Source: Alphaproteobacteria bacterium (GTDB lineage: Bacteria > Pseudomonadota > Alphaproteobacteria > UBA9219). From it: 64,000 nucleotides of DNA. Shown here piece by piece: positions 28,221-37,978 of this stretch (its first letter is position 1; every line of letters starts with the position of its first letter). The notes beneath the pieces are model-generated. The model saw only the letters and a program-made list of their open reading frames with translations. It ran no database searches and had not been told where the DNA came from. The position numbers were made by a program, and so were the translations under genes. The stretch spans positions 10,707 to 74,706 of the forward strand of contig JAGWIK010000008.1 of assembly GCA_028866275.1 (NCBI GenBank), given 5' to 3'.

Positions 28221-29288
28221 CTACCGCACCGCGCGATGATATTGCGGCGGCCATTCGGCATCGACACCCAATGTTTTCGCGGCATGCAACGGCCAATAAG
28301 GATCGCGCAACAGGGCGCGGGCCAGAAAGACCGCATCGGCTTGGCCTTGGGCGACGATGTCTTCGGCTTGCTGGGCCTCGGTGATCAGGCCCACGGCGGC
28401 AGTGGCAATGCCGGCCTCGGCGCGGATTTTCTCGGCGAACGGAACCTGAAACGAGGGCGCGACCGGAATTTTGGCGTCGGGAACCAACCCGCCGGTCGAA
28501 CAATCGATCAGGTCAACGCCTATTTCCTTCAAATGCCGCGCCAGCGTGACCGATTGCGCGGCGTCCCAACCGCCGTCAACCCAATCCGTTGCCGACAGGC
28601 GCACAAAAACCGGCAAGGTCGCCGGCCACGCCTCGCGCACCGCGCGGGAAACCTCCAATGCCAACCGCATGCGGTTGTCGGGCGTGCCGCCGTAATCATC
28701 GGCGCGTTTGTTGCTCAACGGCGACAGAAATTGATGCAACAGATAGCCATGCGCGGCATGAATCTCGACGACGTCGAATCCGGCGGTGGCGGCGCGGCGG
28801 GCGGCAGCGGCAAAATGCTTGATGACTTCATCAATATCTCCTCGCGTCATTTCTCTGGGGATTGGGTCTTCGGCATGAAACGGGATGGCCGACGGCGCCA
28901 GCGTTTGCCAGGCGCGTTGATCCGTGACGGGCAAAGCGCGGCCCCCCTGCCACGGGGCGGCGACCGAGGCTTTGCGTCCGGCATGGGCCAACTGCACGGC
29001 GGGAACGGCGCCTTGATCGCGTATGAAGGTCGTCATGGGTTTGAATGCCGCGGCGTGAGCATCGGACCACAATCCGCAATCGTCCGGCGAAATGCGCCCT
29101 TCCGGCGATACCGCTGTCGCTTCGACCACCACCATACCCGCGCCGCCGACGGCGCGGCTGCCCAGATGCACCATGTGCCAGTCGTTGGGGATGCCGTCCC
29201 GTGCCGAATATTGGCACATCGGCGACACCCAGACGCGATTTTTTATAGTCAGGTCGCGTATTTTAATCGGCGAGAATAGCTGGCTCAT
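28221..29288 (-). CDS. NADH:flavin oxidoreductase (Old Yellow Enzyme, YqjM/NamA type)
   Basis: SPMCQYSA, QLAHAGRKAS, EIHAAHGYLLHQFLSP. Confidence 0.92.
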   Translation of the reverse strand: MSQLFSPIKIRDLTIKNRVWVSPMCQYSARDGIPNDWHMVHLGSRAVGGAGMVVVEATAVSPEGRISPDDCGLWSDAHAAAFKPMTTFIRDQGAVPAVQLAHAGRKASVAAPWQGGRALPVTDQRAWQTLAPSAIPFHAEDPIPREMTRGDIDEVIKHFAAAARRAATAGFDVVEIHAAHGYLLHQFLSPLSNKRADDYGGTPDNRMRLALEVSRAVREAWPATLPVFVRLSATDWVDGGWDAAQSVTLARHLKEIGVDLIDCSTGGLVPDAKIPVAPSFQVPFAEKIRAEAGIATAAVGLITEAQQAEDIVAQGQADAVFLARALLRDPYWPLHAAKTLGVDAEWPPQYHRAVR

Positions 29289-30070
29289 GGGGTCTCCTTT
29301 GACAACAGTTCGAGCATCACAGGTGTGTGGTCGGACGCCTTGTCCTTGCCGCGCGGCGTACGGTCGATAAAACATTGCTTTGTTTTGTCTGCCGCTTCGG
29401 GCGATAACAGAAAATGATCGATGCGGATGCCGTCGTCGCGCATCCATGCGCCGGCCTGATAATCCCAATATGTATAGGCGTTCTGTTTGTCGGGGTGCAG
29501 GGCGCGAAAAATATCGGTGTAGCCGAGGTGAAGAATCTCGCGCCACGCCGCGCGGGTGGCGGGCAGGGCCAGCGCGTCATTTTCCCACGCTTTGGGGTTA
29601 TGCGCGTCGGCGGTATCGGGGATGACGTTATAATCGCCGCCCAGAACAACAGGCCTTTCATCGCGCAACAACGCGGCCGCATGGTTTTTCAACCGCGCCA
29701 TCCATGCCAATTTATAATCGTATTTTTCCGTGCCGACGGGATTGCCGTTGGGCAGGTAAATGCTGGCGACGCGCACGCCTTTGATTGTGGCCTCGATATA
29801 GCGGGCCTGCGCGTCGGCATCGTCGCCGGGCAGGGTTTCGCGGACATCTTCGACAGGGTAAAGGCTGGCAATCGCCACGCCGTTATAGGATTTCTGCCCC
29901 AACGCGCGCACCTCGTACCCGGCGGCTTTGAATTCCATAAAGGGAAACGCCGCCGTTTCACATTTGATTTCCTGCATCAATAAAACGTCCGGCTTCATCT
30001 GCCCCAGCCATTCGACGATATTGGGCAGCCGCGCGCGGACGGAATTAACGTTCCATGTGGCGATTTTCAT
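29285..30070 (-). CDS. xth: exodeoxyribonuclease III
   Basis: MKIATWNVNS, GQKSYNGVA, GDYN, RIDH, ASDH. Confidence 0.95.
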   Translation of the reverse strand: MKIATWNVNSVRARLPNIVEWLGQMKPDVLLMQEIKCETAAFPFMEFKAAGYEVRALGQKSYNGVAIASLYPVEDVRETLPGDDADAQARYIEATIKGVRVASIYLPNGNPVGTEKYDYKLAWMARLKNHAAALLRDERPVVLGGDYNVIPDTADAHNPKAWENDALALPATRAAWREILHLGYTDIFRALHPDKQNAYTYWDYQAGAWMRDDGIRIDHFLLSPEAADKTKQCFIDRTPRGKDKASDHTPVMLELLSKETP

Positions 30071-30167
30071 GGGGGTATCCTTGTTCGACCGCGAAAAGGC
30101 TACCACATTTGCGCGTTGCAGGCTGTAAAAATTCGGCTATGTTGCCGCCGAAAGGTTTGAAGGCGAA

Positions 30168-30899
30168 ATGATTTTATACCCATCCATCCATATCAAGGAC
30201 GGCGCGGTGGCGCGGCTGACGCGCAGCAGCAGCGACTCGCGTCAGGCCGAAATGCTGTTTCCCAATCCGGCCGAACGGGCGCGTATTTTCGAACAGGACG
30301 GCTTTCAATGGCTGCATGTCGTCGATCTCGACGGCGCCTTTTCGGCGACCGCGACCAATGCCGCGGCTATCGATGCCATTCGCAGCTCTATCAAAATCCC
30401 CATGCAATTGTCGGGCGGGCTGCACAGCATGGAGGCCATCGAGACCTGGCTGAACCGTGGCATCGACCGTGTGGTTCTGACTTCGGCGGCGATTGAAAAT
30501 CCGGTTCTGTTGCGCGACTCCTGCGCGCGCTTTCCGGGGCGCATTCTGGTCAAGATAGACTCCGTCGGCGGTTATGTCGTGCGCACCGGCTGGTCGAACA
30601 CGACTTCGCTCAAGGCTCTCGATCTGGCTCTGCGCGTCGAAGATTCCGGCGTCGCCGGTATTATCTATGCCGACATCAATTCCGATGGCGCGCTCAGCGA
30701 AGTGGATATGGAAGCGATCATGGATCTGGCCTTCGCCCTGACCGTGCCCGTTATCGCATCGGGTGGCGTGCATTCGCTGCACGATCTGGCCGAACTGAAA
30801 GCCTGCGCGCCCGCGGGTGTCGAAGGGCTTATTCTGGGCCGCGCATTGTATAACGGTTCGATCAAGGCCAAGGACGCGCTGGCGCTGGCCGCGGCGTAA
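30168..30899 (+). CDS. divergent HisA-family TIM-barrel protein
   Basis: HVVDLDGA, DINSDG, PVIASGGV and GRALY match HisA, but catalytic Asp8 is His (PSIHIKDG). Confidence 0.8.
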   Translation: MILYPSIHIKDGAVARLTRSSSDSRQAEMLFPNPAERARIFEQDGFQWLHVVDLDGAFSATATNAAAIDAIRSSIKIPMQLSGGLHSMEAIETWLNRGIDRVVLTSAAIENPVLLRDSCARFPGRILVKIDSVGGYVVRTGWSNTTSLKALDLALRVEDSGVAGIIYADINSDGALSEVDMEAIMDLAFALTVPVIASGGVHSLHDLAELKACAPAGVEGLILGRALYNGSIKAKDALALAAA

Positions 30900-31550
30900 T
30901 CACATTGTTCCATACATGCGGTCGCCCGCGTCGCCCAGACCCGGCACAATATAGGCGTTTTCATTAAGTTTCTCGTCCAATGCGGCGCAATAAATGCGAA
31001 TGCCGGGATGGCGCGCCGCGAATGTGCGCACGCCTTCAGGCGCGGCGACTAGCGACATCACGCGTATTTTTTCCGCCGCGACGCCGTGGCGCATCAAGAT
31101 ATCGCAGGCATGAATCAGCGAATTGCCGGTCGCCAGCATCGGGTCGACGACGAAAAAATCCTGTCCGACATTTTGGGGCAGGCGTACCAGATATTCGACC
31201 GGCATTTTGGTGTCGTGATCGCGATACACGCCGATATGGCCGACCGATGCCGCGGGAATAAGATCTTGCAGCCCTTCGGCCATCGCCAAACCCGCGCGCA
31301 GCACCGGCACGATGCAGGGCGCTTCGTCGGCCAGCACGGGCGCGTCCATATCGCACAAAGGCGTATGGATCCGGCGCGTCGTCAGGCGCAGGTTGCGCGA
31401 TATTTCATAGCCGATCAGCGCCGATATTTCGCGCAGCAGAATGCGAAAACTCAAGGATGTGCAGGACTCCTCGCGCATCAGGGTAAGTTTATGCGCGATC
31501 AGGGGATGGTCGACATGGAAAAAGCTGGGGAATTGGGGGTGTGGGTTCAT
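30900..31550 (-). CDS. upp: uracil phosphoribosyltransferase
   Basis: HPLIAHKL, PVLRAG, DPMLATGNS, YIVPGLGDAGDR. Confidence 0.96.
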   Translation of the reverse strand: MNPHPQFPSFFHVDHPLIAHKLTLMREESCTSLSFRILLREISALIGYEISRNLRLTTRRIHTPLCDMDAPVLADEAPCIVPVLRAGLAMAEGLQDLIPAASVGHIGVYRDHDTKMPVEYLVRLPQNVGQDFFVVDPMLATGNSLIHACDILMRHGVAAEKIRVMSLVAAPEGVRTFAARHPGIRIYCAALDEKLNENAYIVPGLGDAGDRMYGTM

Positions 31551-32641
31551 GCAGCGGCCTCTTTCTTGAAATCCGCGCCGACGGCGTCGGCGACAGTGGA
31601 AAAGCCGTCGCGTTTTAACAGCACGGCAAGCTCGGCCACGATCGACCGGACGACGTCCGGCCCTTCGTAAATCATCGCGGTGTATAGCTGCACCAGCGAA
31701 GCGCCGGCGCGGATCTTGGCATAGGCGTCGGCGCCGCTGGAAATGCCGCCGCACCCGATCAGGGGTATCTTGCCGCCGGTGAGCCGGTACATCAGCCCCA
31801 GTTTTTCGGTCGACAGCGTGAATAAAGGTTTGCCCGACAATCCGCCGGTTTCCCTGGCCATATCGGCGGGAATGGATGCGGGGCGCGACACTGTGGTGTT
31901 GCCGACGATCATTGCATCTATGCCCGATGCCAAAGCCACCTCGGCAATGTCCTGCGCCTGCATATCGTCGATGTCGGGCGCGATTTTCAGGAACACAGGC
32001 GTATGCCCGCCGCCTTGCTGTTCGACGCGCGCACGCACTTTCATAACGCGGTCCAGCAAGTCGGCCAGCGCCGCACGGCCCTGCATGTCGCGCAGGCCCG
32101 GCGTGTTGGGCGACGACACATTGACGGTCAGAAACGCAGCCTTGCCCGCGAACGCGGCGACGCCCTTGACATAATCATCGGCGGCATCGGCGGTTTCCTT
32201 GTTCTTCGCCAGATTGATGCCGACGACCTGATGGCTTTGCCGATGCGCGGCATGATAGGTTTCCAGCCGTTGCGCAAAAACGTCCGCGCCGACGCTGTTG
32301 AAACCGAACCTGTTGATGACGGCCTGCGCCGACGGCACGCGAAACAAACGCGGGCGCGGATTGCCGGGTTGGGGCAGGGGCGTCACGCCGCCCAGTTCGA
32401 TAAAACTGAATCCCAAATCGAAAAGCGGCCCCATCGCTTCGGCATGTTTGTCGAACCCGGCGGCAAGCCCGACCGGATGGGCGAAATCCAAGCCGCATAA
32501 TGTCGTACGCAAAACCGCGTCGTCGGGAACGGCGACGCGCGGTATCAACCCAAAACGCAACGCCTTGATCGCCAGCCCGTGCGCCGTTTCGGGATCGATC
32601 CGGAATAACGCGGGGCGCAGCATCTTATACAGGATAGACAT
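31547..32641 (-). CDS. pyrD: quinone-dependent dihydroorotate dehydrogenase
   Basis: GLAAGFDK, NRFGFNS, NVSSPNTPGLR, GGLSG, VQLYTA. Confidence 0.96.
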   Translation of the reverse strand: MSILYKMLRPALFRIDPETAHGLAIKALRFGLIPRVAVPDDAVLRTTLCGLDFAHPVGLAAGFDKHAEAMGPLFDLGFSFIELGGVTPLPQPGNPRPRLFRVPSAQAVINRFGFNSVGADVFAQRLETYHAAHRQSHQVVGINLAKNKETADAADDYVKGVAAFAGKAAFLTVNVSSPNTPGLRDMQGRAALADLLDRVMKVRARVEQQGGGHTPVFLKIAPDIDDMQAQDIAEVALASGIDAMIVGNTTVSRPASIPADMARETGGLSGKPLFTLSTEKLGLMYRLTGGKIPLIGCGGISSGADAYAKIRAGASLVQLYTAMIYEGPDVVRSIVAELAVLLKRDGFSTVADAVGADFKKEAAA

Positions 32642-32642
32642 G

Positions 32643-33134
32643 TCAGTCCTCGACGATGGAATGCAGCAAACGCAACGCCTCATGCGCGGCTTGCATGCGG
32701 ATGGCGGCGCGGTCGCCCTTGAAATCGCACCGGTAATGCATGCGCACGCCATTTCTACGCGCGATGCCGAAAAACACCAATCCCACGGGTTTCAACATCG
32801 TCCCGCCGTCGGGCCCCGCGATGCCGGTAACCGATACGGCGACGTCGGCGCGCGAAAATTCCAACGCGCCCTGCGCCATTTCTTCGGCCGTATCCGCGCT
32901 TACCGCGCCAGATACCTGCAGCAATTCGGGCATCACGGCCAGAACCTCAACCTTCGCGTCGTTGCTATAGGTCACAAAACCGCGCTCGACCACGGCCGAC
33001 GCGCCGGGAATTTCCGTCAAAGCCGCCGCCACCAACCCGCCGGTGCAGGATTCCGCCGTGACGATTTTCAACCCGCGCGCGGTGTAGTCGGCGATAATTC
33101 TGGCGGCGAGATCGGTGATGTCCGGCGCCGGCAT
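32643..33134 (-). CDS. CinA C-terminal / PncC NMN deamidase family
   Basis: AESCTGGLV, VTYSNDAK, GAVS, TGIAGP. Confidence 0.92.
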   Translation of the reverse strand: MPAPDITDLAARIIADYTARGLKIVTAESCTGGLVAAALTEIPGASAVVERGFVTYSNDAKVEVLAVMPELLQVSGAVSADTAEEMAQGALEFSRADVAVSVTGIAGPDGGTMLKPVGLVFFGIARRNGVRMHYRCDFKGDRAAIRMQAAHEALRLLHSIVED

Positions 33135-33137
33135 GCG

Positions 33138-34292
33138 TTATCCCGGAAAACGTAAAGTTGCCACCGCCTGCGCCGCGATCCCTTCCTCGCGGCCGGTAAA
33201 GCCCAGCCGTTCGGTGGTCGTGGCCTTGACGCTGACGCGGCTCGGCGAAATTTCCAGCAATTCCGCCACGCGTTTGACCATTTTGTCGTGATGCGGGCGG
33301 ATCTTCGGCGCTTCGCACATAAAGGTCACATCGACATGGGCGATGATGCCGCCCCGTTCGGAGACCATGCCGACGATATGGCGCACGAAATGCGCACTGT
33401 CCTTGCCCTTCCATTGCGGGTCGCTCGGCGGGAAATGCGCGCCGATATCGCCCGCGCCCATCGCGCCCAGAATGGCGTCGCACAGCGCGTGCAATCCGAC
33501 ATCGGCGTCGGAATGGCCTTCCAATGTGCGGTCGTGGGGAATGGTAACGCCGCACAAATGGATTTTATCGCCGGGGATCAGGCGATGCACGTCAAACCCC
33601 ATGCCTGTGCGGATATCGCCGTAATTATGGCCCAGAAGGCGGGCGGCGCGGTCAAGATCGTCTGGATTGGTGATTTTCATGTTGTCCGGATTCGATGGAA
33701 CGATGGTAACGGCAATGCCCGATTTTTCCGCGACGGCGGCATCATCCGTCAATTGCGCGCCGGCCGCGGCGCGGTGCGCGACCAGAATATCGTTAAAATG
33801 AAACGCCTGCGGCGTATGCGCCTGCCACAAATTGGCGCGGTCGATCGTCGTGGTGATGGTCGCGCCATTGGCGCGCTTCAGCGTATCGACTAACGGCTTG
33901 GCGGCAATCGCGCCTTTGGCGTCGTCCAGCGCGCGGCGCACGTCGCTGATGGTCGCGGCGTCGATCAAAGGCCGCGCGGCATCGTGAATCATCACCATAT
34001 CCGGTTTCGGACCTTTGGCCAGCGCCTCCAGCCCGAACAGCACGCTTTCCTGCCGCGTGTCGCCGCCGGCCACCGGTTCGGGCAGGCCCAAATCGCCTAC
34101 GGCGGCGTCATACATATCGCGATGCGCGGGGTTGATGACGATGCGTACGCCGTCGATATGCGGGTGGTTTAAAAACGCCAGCACGCTGCGGCGCAGGATG
34201 GGTTCGCCGCCAAGTTCGTGATACTGTTTGGGCAGGGATCCGCCGAAACGCGACCCGACACCCGCCGCGACGATAAGAGCGATAGTCGTCAT
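33138..34292 (-). CDS. ispDF: bifunctional IspD/IspF
   Basis: AAGVGSRFG..PKQY, IHDAARP, then GFDVH, GHSDADV, KATTTERLGFTGR. Confidence 0.96.
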   Translation of the reverse strand: MTTIALIVAAGVGSRFGGSLPKQYHELGGEPILRRSVLAFLNHPHIDGVRIVINPAHRDMYDAAVGDLGLPEPVAGGDTRQESVLFGLEALAKGPKPDMVMIHDAARPLIDAATISDVRRALDDAKGAIAAKPLVDTLKRANGATITTTIDRANLWQAHTPQAFHFNDILVAHRAAAGAQLTDDAAVAEKSGIAVTIVPSNPDNMKITNPDDLDRAARLLGHNYGDIRTGMGFDVHRLIPGDKIHLCGVTIPHDRTLEGHSDADVGLHALCDAILGAMGAGDIGAHFPPSDPQWKGKDSAHFVRHIVGMVSERGGIIAHVDVTFMCEAPKIRPHHDKMVKRVAELLEISPSRVSVKATTTERLGFTGREEGIAAQAVATLRFPG

Positions 34293-34351
34293 GATAACCT
34301 ATTGAAATCTTTTATGAGAAACTACAGCCCGTCCCGGATATTGCAAGCATG

Positions 34352-34386
34352 AAAAAAGCCCGGCTGCCAAAGGCTGGCCGGGCTTT
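34352..34386 (-). terminator. rho-independent terminator of ndk
   Basis: AAAAAAGCCCGGC...GCCGGGCTTT hairpin with a T run on the minus strand, just after the ndk stop. Confidence 0.8.
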
Positions 34387-34406
34387 CGTCTATTAAAAAT
34401 CAGGTT

Positions 34407-34829
34407 TTAGCTGACGATTTCGCATTCGCTAAAGAAATAGGCGATTTCGATTTTGGCGTTTTCCGGACTGTCGGAACCGTGTACCGAATTGGCTTCGATG
34501 CTTTCGGCAAATTCCTTACGGATCGTGCCGGGGGCCGCGTTGGCCGGGTTGGTCGCGCCCATGATTTCACGATTTTTTGCCACGGCGTTGTCGCCTTCCA
34601 GAACCTGAATAACAACAGGGCCGGAGATCATGAATTCGCACAAATCGTTAAAGAAGGGGCGTTCTTTATGAACCGCGTAAAAACCTTCGGCCTGTTTGCG
34701 CGTCATCAAAATGCGGCGTTGGGCGACGATGCGCAAGCCCGCTTCTTCGAATTTGGCGTTGATCTTGCCGGTCAGGTTGCGACGCGTGGCGTCGGGTTTC
34801 AGAATAGAAAAGGTCCGTTCAAGGGCCAT
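34407..34829 (-). CDS. ndk: nucleoside diphosphate kinase
   Basis: [29 protein letters not shown]. Confidence 0.98.
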   Translation of the reverse strand: MALERTFSILKPDATRRNLTGKINAKFEEAGLRIVAQRRILMTRKQAEGFYAVHKERPFFNDLCEFMISGPVVIQVLEGDNAVAKNREIMGATNPANAAPGTIRKEFAESIEANSVHGSDSPENAKIEIAYFFSECEIVS

Positions 34830-34904
34830 GATATGCTCCAGATAAGGGTCGCTGAAAGTTGCCGCCTTATATACGGGGGCCGAGGCGAAGGCAAGTTCCC
34901 GTTT

Positions 34905-35300
34905 TCAGGCAAAAACAGCCGAAGCGGCCAAAACCAGCCAGCCCAGCATTAAAGAAATGCCGCCAATCGGGGCCAGATGAAGCAGGAACGGGGCCTGCAA
35001 GGCGATTCCGGCATAAATGCCGCCGCTGAACAAAGCGACGCCCACGCCAAAACATCCGGCTGCCAGAGCCAGAAGACGCGTCGTTTGCGGGGGAATCGTC
35101 ACAAAACGCGTCAGGCCAAGCGCGCACAGAAGACCGGCATGAATCAACGCATACCGTACGGCAATTTGCAGGTTGGCGAAATCACCGGCAGGCACAACGG
35201 GGCGCAACACATGATCGGCCGCCGCGCCCAGCCCGACGGCGACCAAGCCAAAAATACCGCCGGCCAAACTAGCCGCACGCAAAATGGGCGCCGGTGTCAT
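34905..35300 (-). CDS. DUF423 (YgdD/TMEM256) membrane protein
   Basis: AVGLGAAADH, LFSGGIY, APIGG..LMLGW. Confidence 0.8.
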   Translation of the reverse strand: MTPAPILRAASLAGGIFGLVAVGLGAAADHVLRPVVPAGDFANLQIAVRYALIHAGLLCALGLTRFVTIPPQTTRLLALAAGCFGVGVALFSGGIYAGIALQAPFLLHLAPIGGISLMLGWLVLAASAVFA

Positions 35301-35659
35301 GCCTGCGGGGCGTCCTGCGGCGTCGCAAACTGATCGAACGCGCGCAAAGCATCCGCCGCATACATCAAGGACGGCCCGCCGCCCATATAAACGGCCATGC
35401 CCAGCGTTTCCGCGATTTCCTCGCGCGTCGCGCCCAGTTTGGCCAGCGTCTTGGTATGAAAACCCAAACAGCCGTCACAGCGGGCGGCAACGCCAAGGGC
35501 CAGCGCGATCATTTCCTTGGTTTTTTCGTCCAGCACCTTGGTTTGCGTCGCCGCTTTGGCCATGCTGCCGAATCCCTGCATGACATCGGGGATCAGCTTG
35601 CGCAATTCACCGGTATAGGCGCCGATATCGCCGATGATGGATTTGTAGTCTTTGCTCAT
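35297..35659 (-). CDS. carboxymuconolactone decarboxylase/AhpD family protein
   Basis: LDEKTKEMIALALGVAARCDGC..FH, MGGGPS. Confidence 0.9.
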   Translation of the reverse strand: MSKDYKSIIGDIGAYTGELRKLIPDVMQGFGSMAKAATQTKVLDEKTKEMIALALGVAARCDGCLGFHTKTLAKLGATREEIAETLGMAVYMGGGPSLMYAADALRAFDQFATPQDAPQA

Positions 35660-35668
35660 GCGTGCCTC

Positions 35669-35872
35669 CTATTTAAACGCGGCGCCCGGTTTGACGCCAA
35701 GCTTTTTCAAGAAAATGGCGGCCGGGCAGAAGCCGGTAAAGCTGGTTTGTAGCAGGTTAAGACCGACGAAAGCGGTTGATAGGAACCAGTAAGAGCTGAC
35801 CCATTGGCCCAGCCCAAGGCTGACCAAAATCATGATGCCTGCGAAGCGCAGGATGGCTTTGTCGATATTCAT
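35669..35872 (-). CDS. DUF2892 (YgaP-like TM) protein
   Basis: 67 aa, two TMs, FVGLNLLQTSFTGFCP. Confidence 0.88.
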   Translation of the reverse strand: MNIDKAILRFAGIMILVSLGLGQWVSSYWFLSTAFVGLNLLQTSFTGFCPAAIFLKKLGVKPGAAFK

Positions 35873-37164
35873 GTTATACTCCTTGTTTCCTTGAGGGTTT
35901 TCAGTTTGCGTACACCCAGCAATTGCAGGCCCCAGCGTTCGTAAAAAGGTTCAGCAGTGCCACGGCGTATTTTGTAGATGAAGAATTTTTCAAACGCCAG
36001 TTTGGCTATATGCACCCATCGTCCTTGCGATGACCAATTAAGGTTGCGCGGCGGAATTTGTGGTTGGGCAACGAAGGCCACTCCTTTATCGCCAAAGTCG
36101 GCGAGGCAAATGGCGTTCCATGTCGCCAGCGTATTTACGGGACGTCCGCGCAGCAACTGGCCGATATTGCGCGCCGTTGCCGTGACCATAGATTCGATCA
36201 TGAATCCGGTTTTAGGCACGCCGACTGGCACCGGCGTGGGGCCGATGGGTGGAATGGCGACGCAAACGCCAATGGCGAACACGTTAGAGAATGTCGGGTT
36301 GCGTTGATATTCGTCGATTAATACAAAGCCTTTGGAATTGACTAACCCGTCGATGCCACGTACGGCCTCGACACCGCGGAACGCGGGCAGCATCATGGCG
36401 TATGAAAATAAAATTTCGTGCGTTTTAACGACCTCTCCGTTTTCGCTGACTTCTTCCGCAGTCAACTTGTTGTCTTCGAATTTCTTGACGCGTGCGCTGG
36501 TCATCCACTTAATATGACGGTTGCGCAATTCGCTTTCCAGCAAGCCCTTGGTATCGCCGACGCCGTCTAGCCCCAGGTGGCCGATATAGGGTTCCGAGGT
36601 AACAAAAGTTATTGGCACTTGATCGCGAATCTGGCGGCGACGCAATTCAGTGTCGAGGATAAAGGCGAATTCATAGGCGGGGCCAAAGCACGACGCGCCC
36701 TGCACCGCGCCAATCACGATGGGGCCGGGTTTCTCGAGAAATTTCTGGAATGCCATATGGGCAGATTCGGCGTGGTCGATGTGGCAGATCGACTGCGTAT
36801 GACCGGCGGGGCCGAACCCTTCGATATCGTCGAAAGCAAGATCGGGTCCGGTAGCGATGACAAGGTAGTCATAGGATATTTCCCGACCGTCATTCAATGT
36901 CACGGTTTTTTGGGCCGGATTAACCCTCTTCGCGCCCTGTTCCAGATAGTTGATGTGTTTTTTCTTCATCACCTTGATAAGATCAACATCAACATCCTTG
37001 CGTTCGCGCCAGCCAATCGCGACCCACGGATTCGATGGCACGAAATGGTAGACATGCCCCTGACCGATGACGGTCAGTCTATCTTCGGGGCGAAGTTGGT
37101 GATGGAGTTCATAGGCCATCAATGTGCCGCCGAGGCCGGCGCCGAGGACAATGACTTCCGCCAT
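35869..37164 (-). CDS. sqr: sulfide:quinone oxidoreductase (type I)
   Basis: GAGLGG Rossmann, FVPSNPW, three conserved Cys (SICH, GASCFGPAYE, NAICLADFGD), PKTGFMIESM. Confidence 0.92.
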   Translation of the reverse strand: MAEVIVLGAGLGGTLMAYELHHQLRPEDRLTVIGQGHVYHFVPSNPWVAIGWRERKDVDVDLIKVMKKKHINYLEQGAKRVNPAQKTVTLNDGREISYDYLVIATGPDLAFDDIEGFGPAGHTQSICHIDHAESAHMAFQKFLEKPGPIVIGAVQGASCFGPAYEFAFILDTELRRRQIRDQVPITFVTSEPYIGHLGLDGVGDTKGLLESELRNRHIKWMTSARVKKFEDNKLTAEEVSENGEVVKTHEILFSYAMMLPAFRGVEAVRGIDGLVNSKGFVLIDEYQRNPTFSNVFAIGVCVAIPPIGPTPVPVGVPKTGFMIESMVTATARNIGQLLRGRPVNTLATWNAICLADFGDKGVAFVAQPQIPPRNLNWSSQGRWVHIAKLAFEKFFIYKIRRGTAEPFYERWGLQLLGVRKLKTLKETRSIT

Positions 37165-37210
37165 GATTTTCTCCGTTGCTGGGGCTTGTTTCATCTTTTC
37201 ACTTTACATC

Positions 37211-37244
37211 ATACATTAATTCATGTATATACGCAAGTATGAAT
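37211..37244. promoter_or_regulatory. putative SqrR/BigR operator in the divergent sqr-sqrR spacer
   Basis: palindrome ATACAT-N6-ATGTAT (37211-37228) and ATAC-N8-GAAT (37229-37244), one mismatch from the ATTC-N8-GAAT SqrR box. Confidence 0.5.
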
Positions 37245-37610
37245 ATAAAGCCTGATCATATGATGAAGGTCGCCGCGGAGGCCTGCGACCTGTTGAAGGC
37301 GGTGGCCAACCCGCATCGCCTTGTTATGCTGTGCCAGCTGGTTGATAGTGAAAAGTCGGTCGGCCAATTGGCCGCATCCCTGAATATTCGGGATTCTGCT
37401 GCGTCGCAAAATCTTTCGCTGATGCGAAAGCAGGGCATCGTTGCGGCGCGGCGTGACGGGCAAATCATGTGGTATTCAATCGCGAGCGCCGAAATTCGCG
37501 CCATCCTTGAGGTCTTGTATGGTATATATTGCGTCGAACGGCCATTGTGCGAATCCGTACCGTCGTCGCGCAAACCTAGAAAAACGTCGAACAAAAGGAA
37601 GTCGCGATGA
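37239..37610 (+). CDS. ArsR/SmtB persulfide-sensing repressor (SqrR/BigR type)
   Basis: LLKAVANPHRLVMLC and LYGIYC: the Cys pair in helices 2 and 5 typical of BigR/SqrR. Confidence 0.85.
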   Translation: MNIKPDHMMKVAAEACDLLKAVANPHRLVMLCQLVDSEKSVGQLAASLNIRDSAASQNLSLMRKQGIVAARRDGQIMWYSIASAEIRAILEVLYGIYCVERPLCESVPSSRKPRKTSNKRKSR

Positions 37611-37960
37611 TGTCCGCTCTTAGACGTCTGTTCTCTGTGAAGGAATCTTCCATGAAAAATCTTTCCCCTGCCGAAGTCCATAATCTGCTTGCCGCGGGCA
37701 AGATCTGTCTTATCGATGTGCGCGAAGACGGTGAATATGCGGACGAACGCATCGCCGGTGCCGTATTATGCCCTTTATCTTCCTTTGACCCGAAGCATCT
37801 GCCCGACGCTGGAAGCAAGCCGGTGGTGTTTCATTGCGCGGGAGGTGTGCGTTCGGTGCGCGCGGTTGACGCCTGTTTGCGCGCCGGACTGCCTCACAAC
37901 GCGCATATGGCGGGCGGGTTGTCGGCATGGAAGGCGGCGGGTCTGCCCACCCTTCGATAA
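37607..37960 (+). CDS. single-domain rhodanese (sulfurtransferase)
   Basis: LIDVRE..EY..ERIAGA, active-site FHCAGGVRS, MAGGLSAW; start may be 37652. Confidence 0.9.
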   Translation: MMSALRRLFSVKESSMKNLSPAEVHNLLAAGKICLIDVREDGEYADERIAGAVLCPLSSFDPKHLPDAGSKPVVFHCAGGVRSVRAVDACLRAGLPHNAHMAGGLSAWKAAGLPTLR

Positions 37961-37978
37961 CAGAAAGACGGAGGCGGT

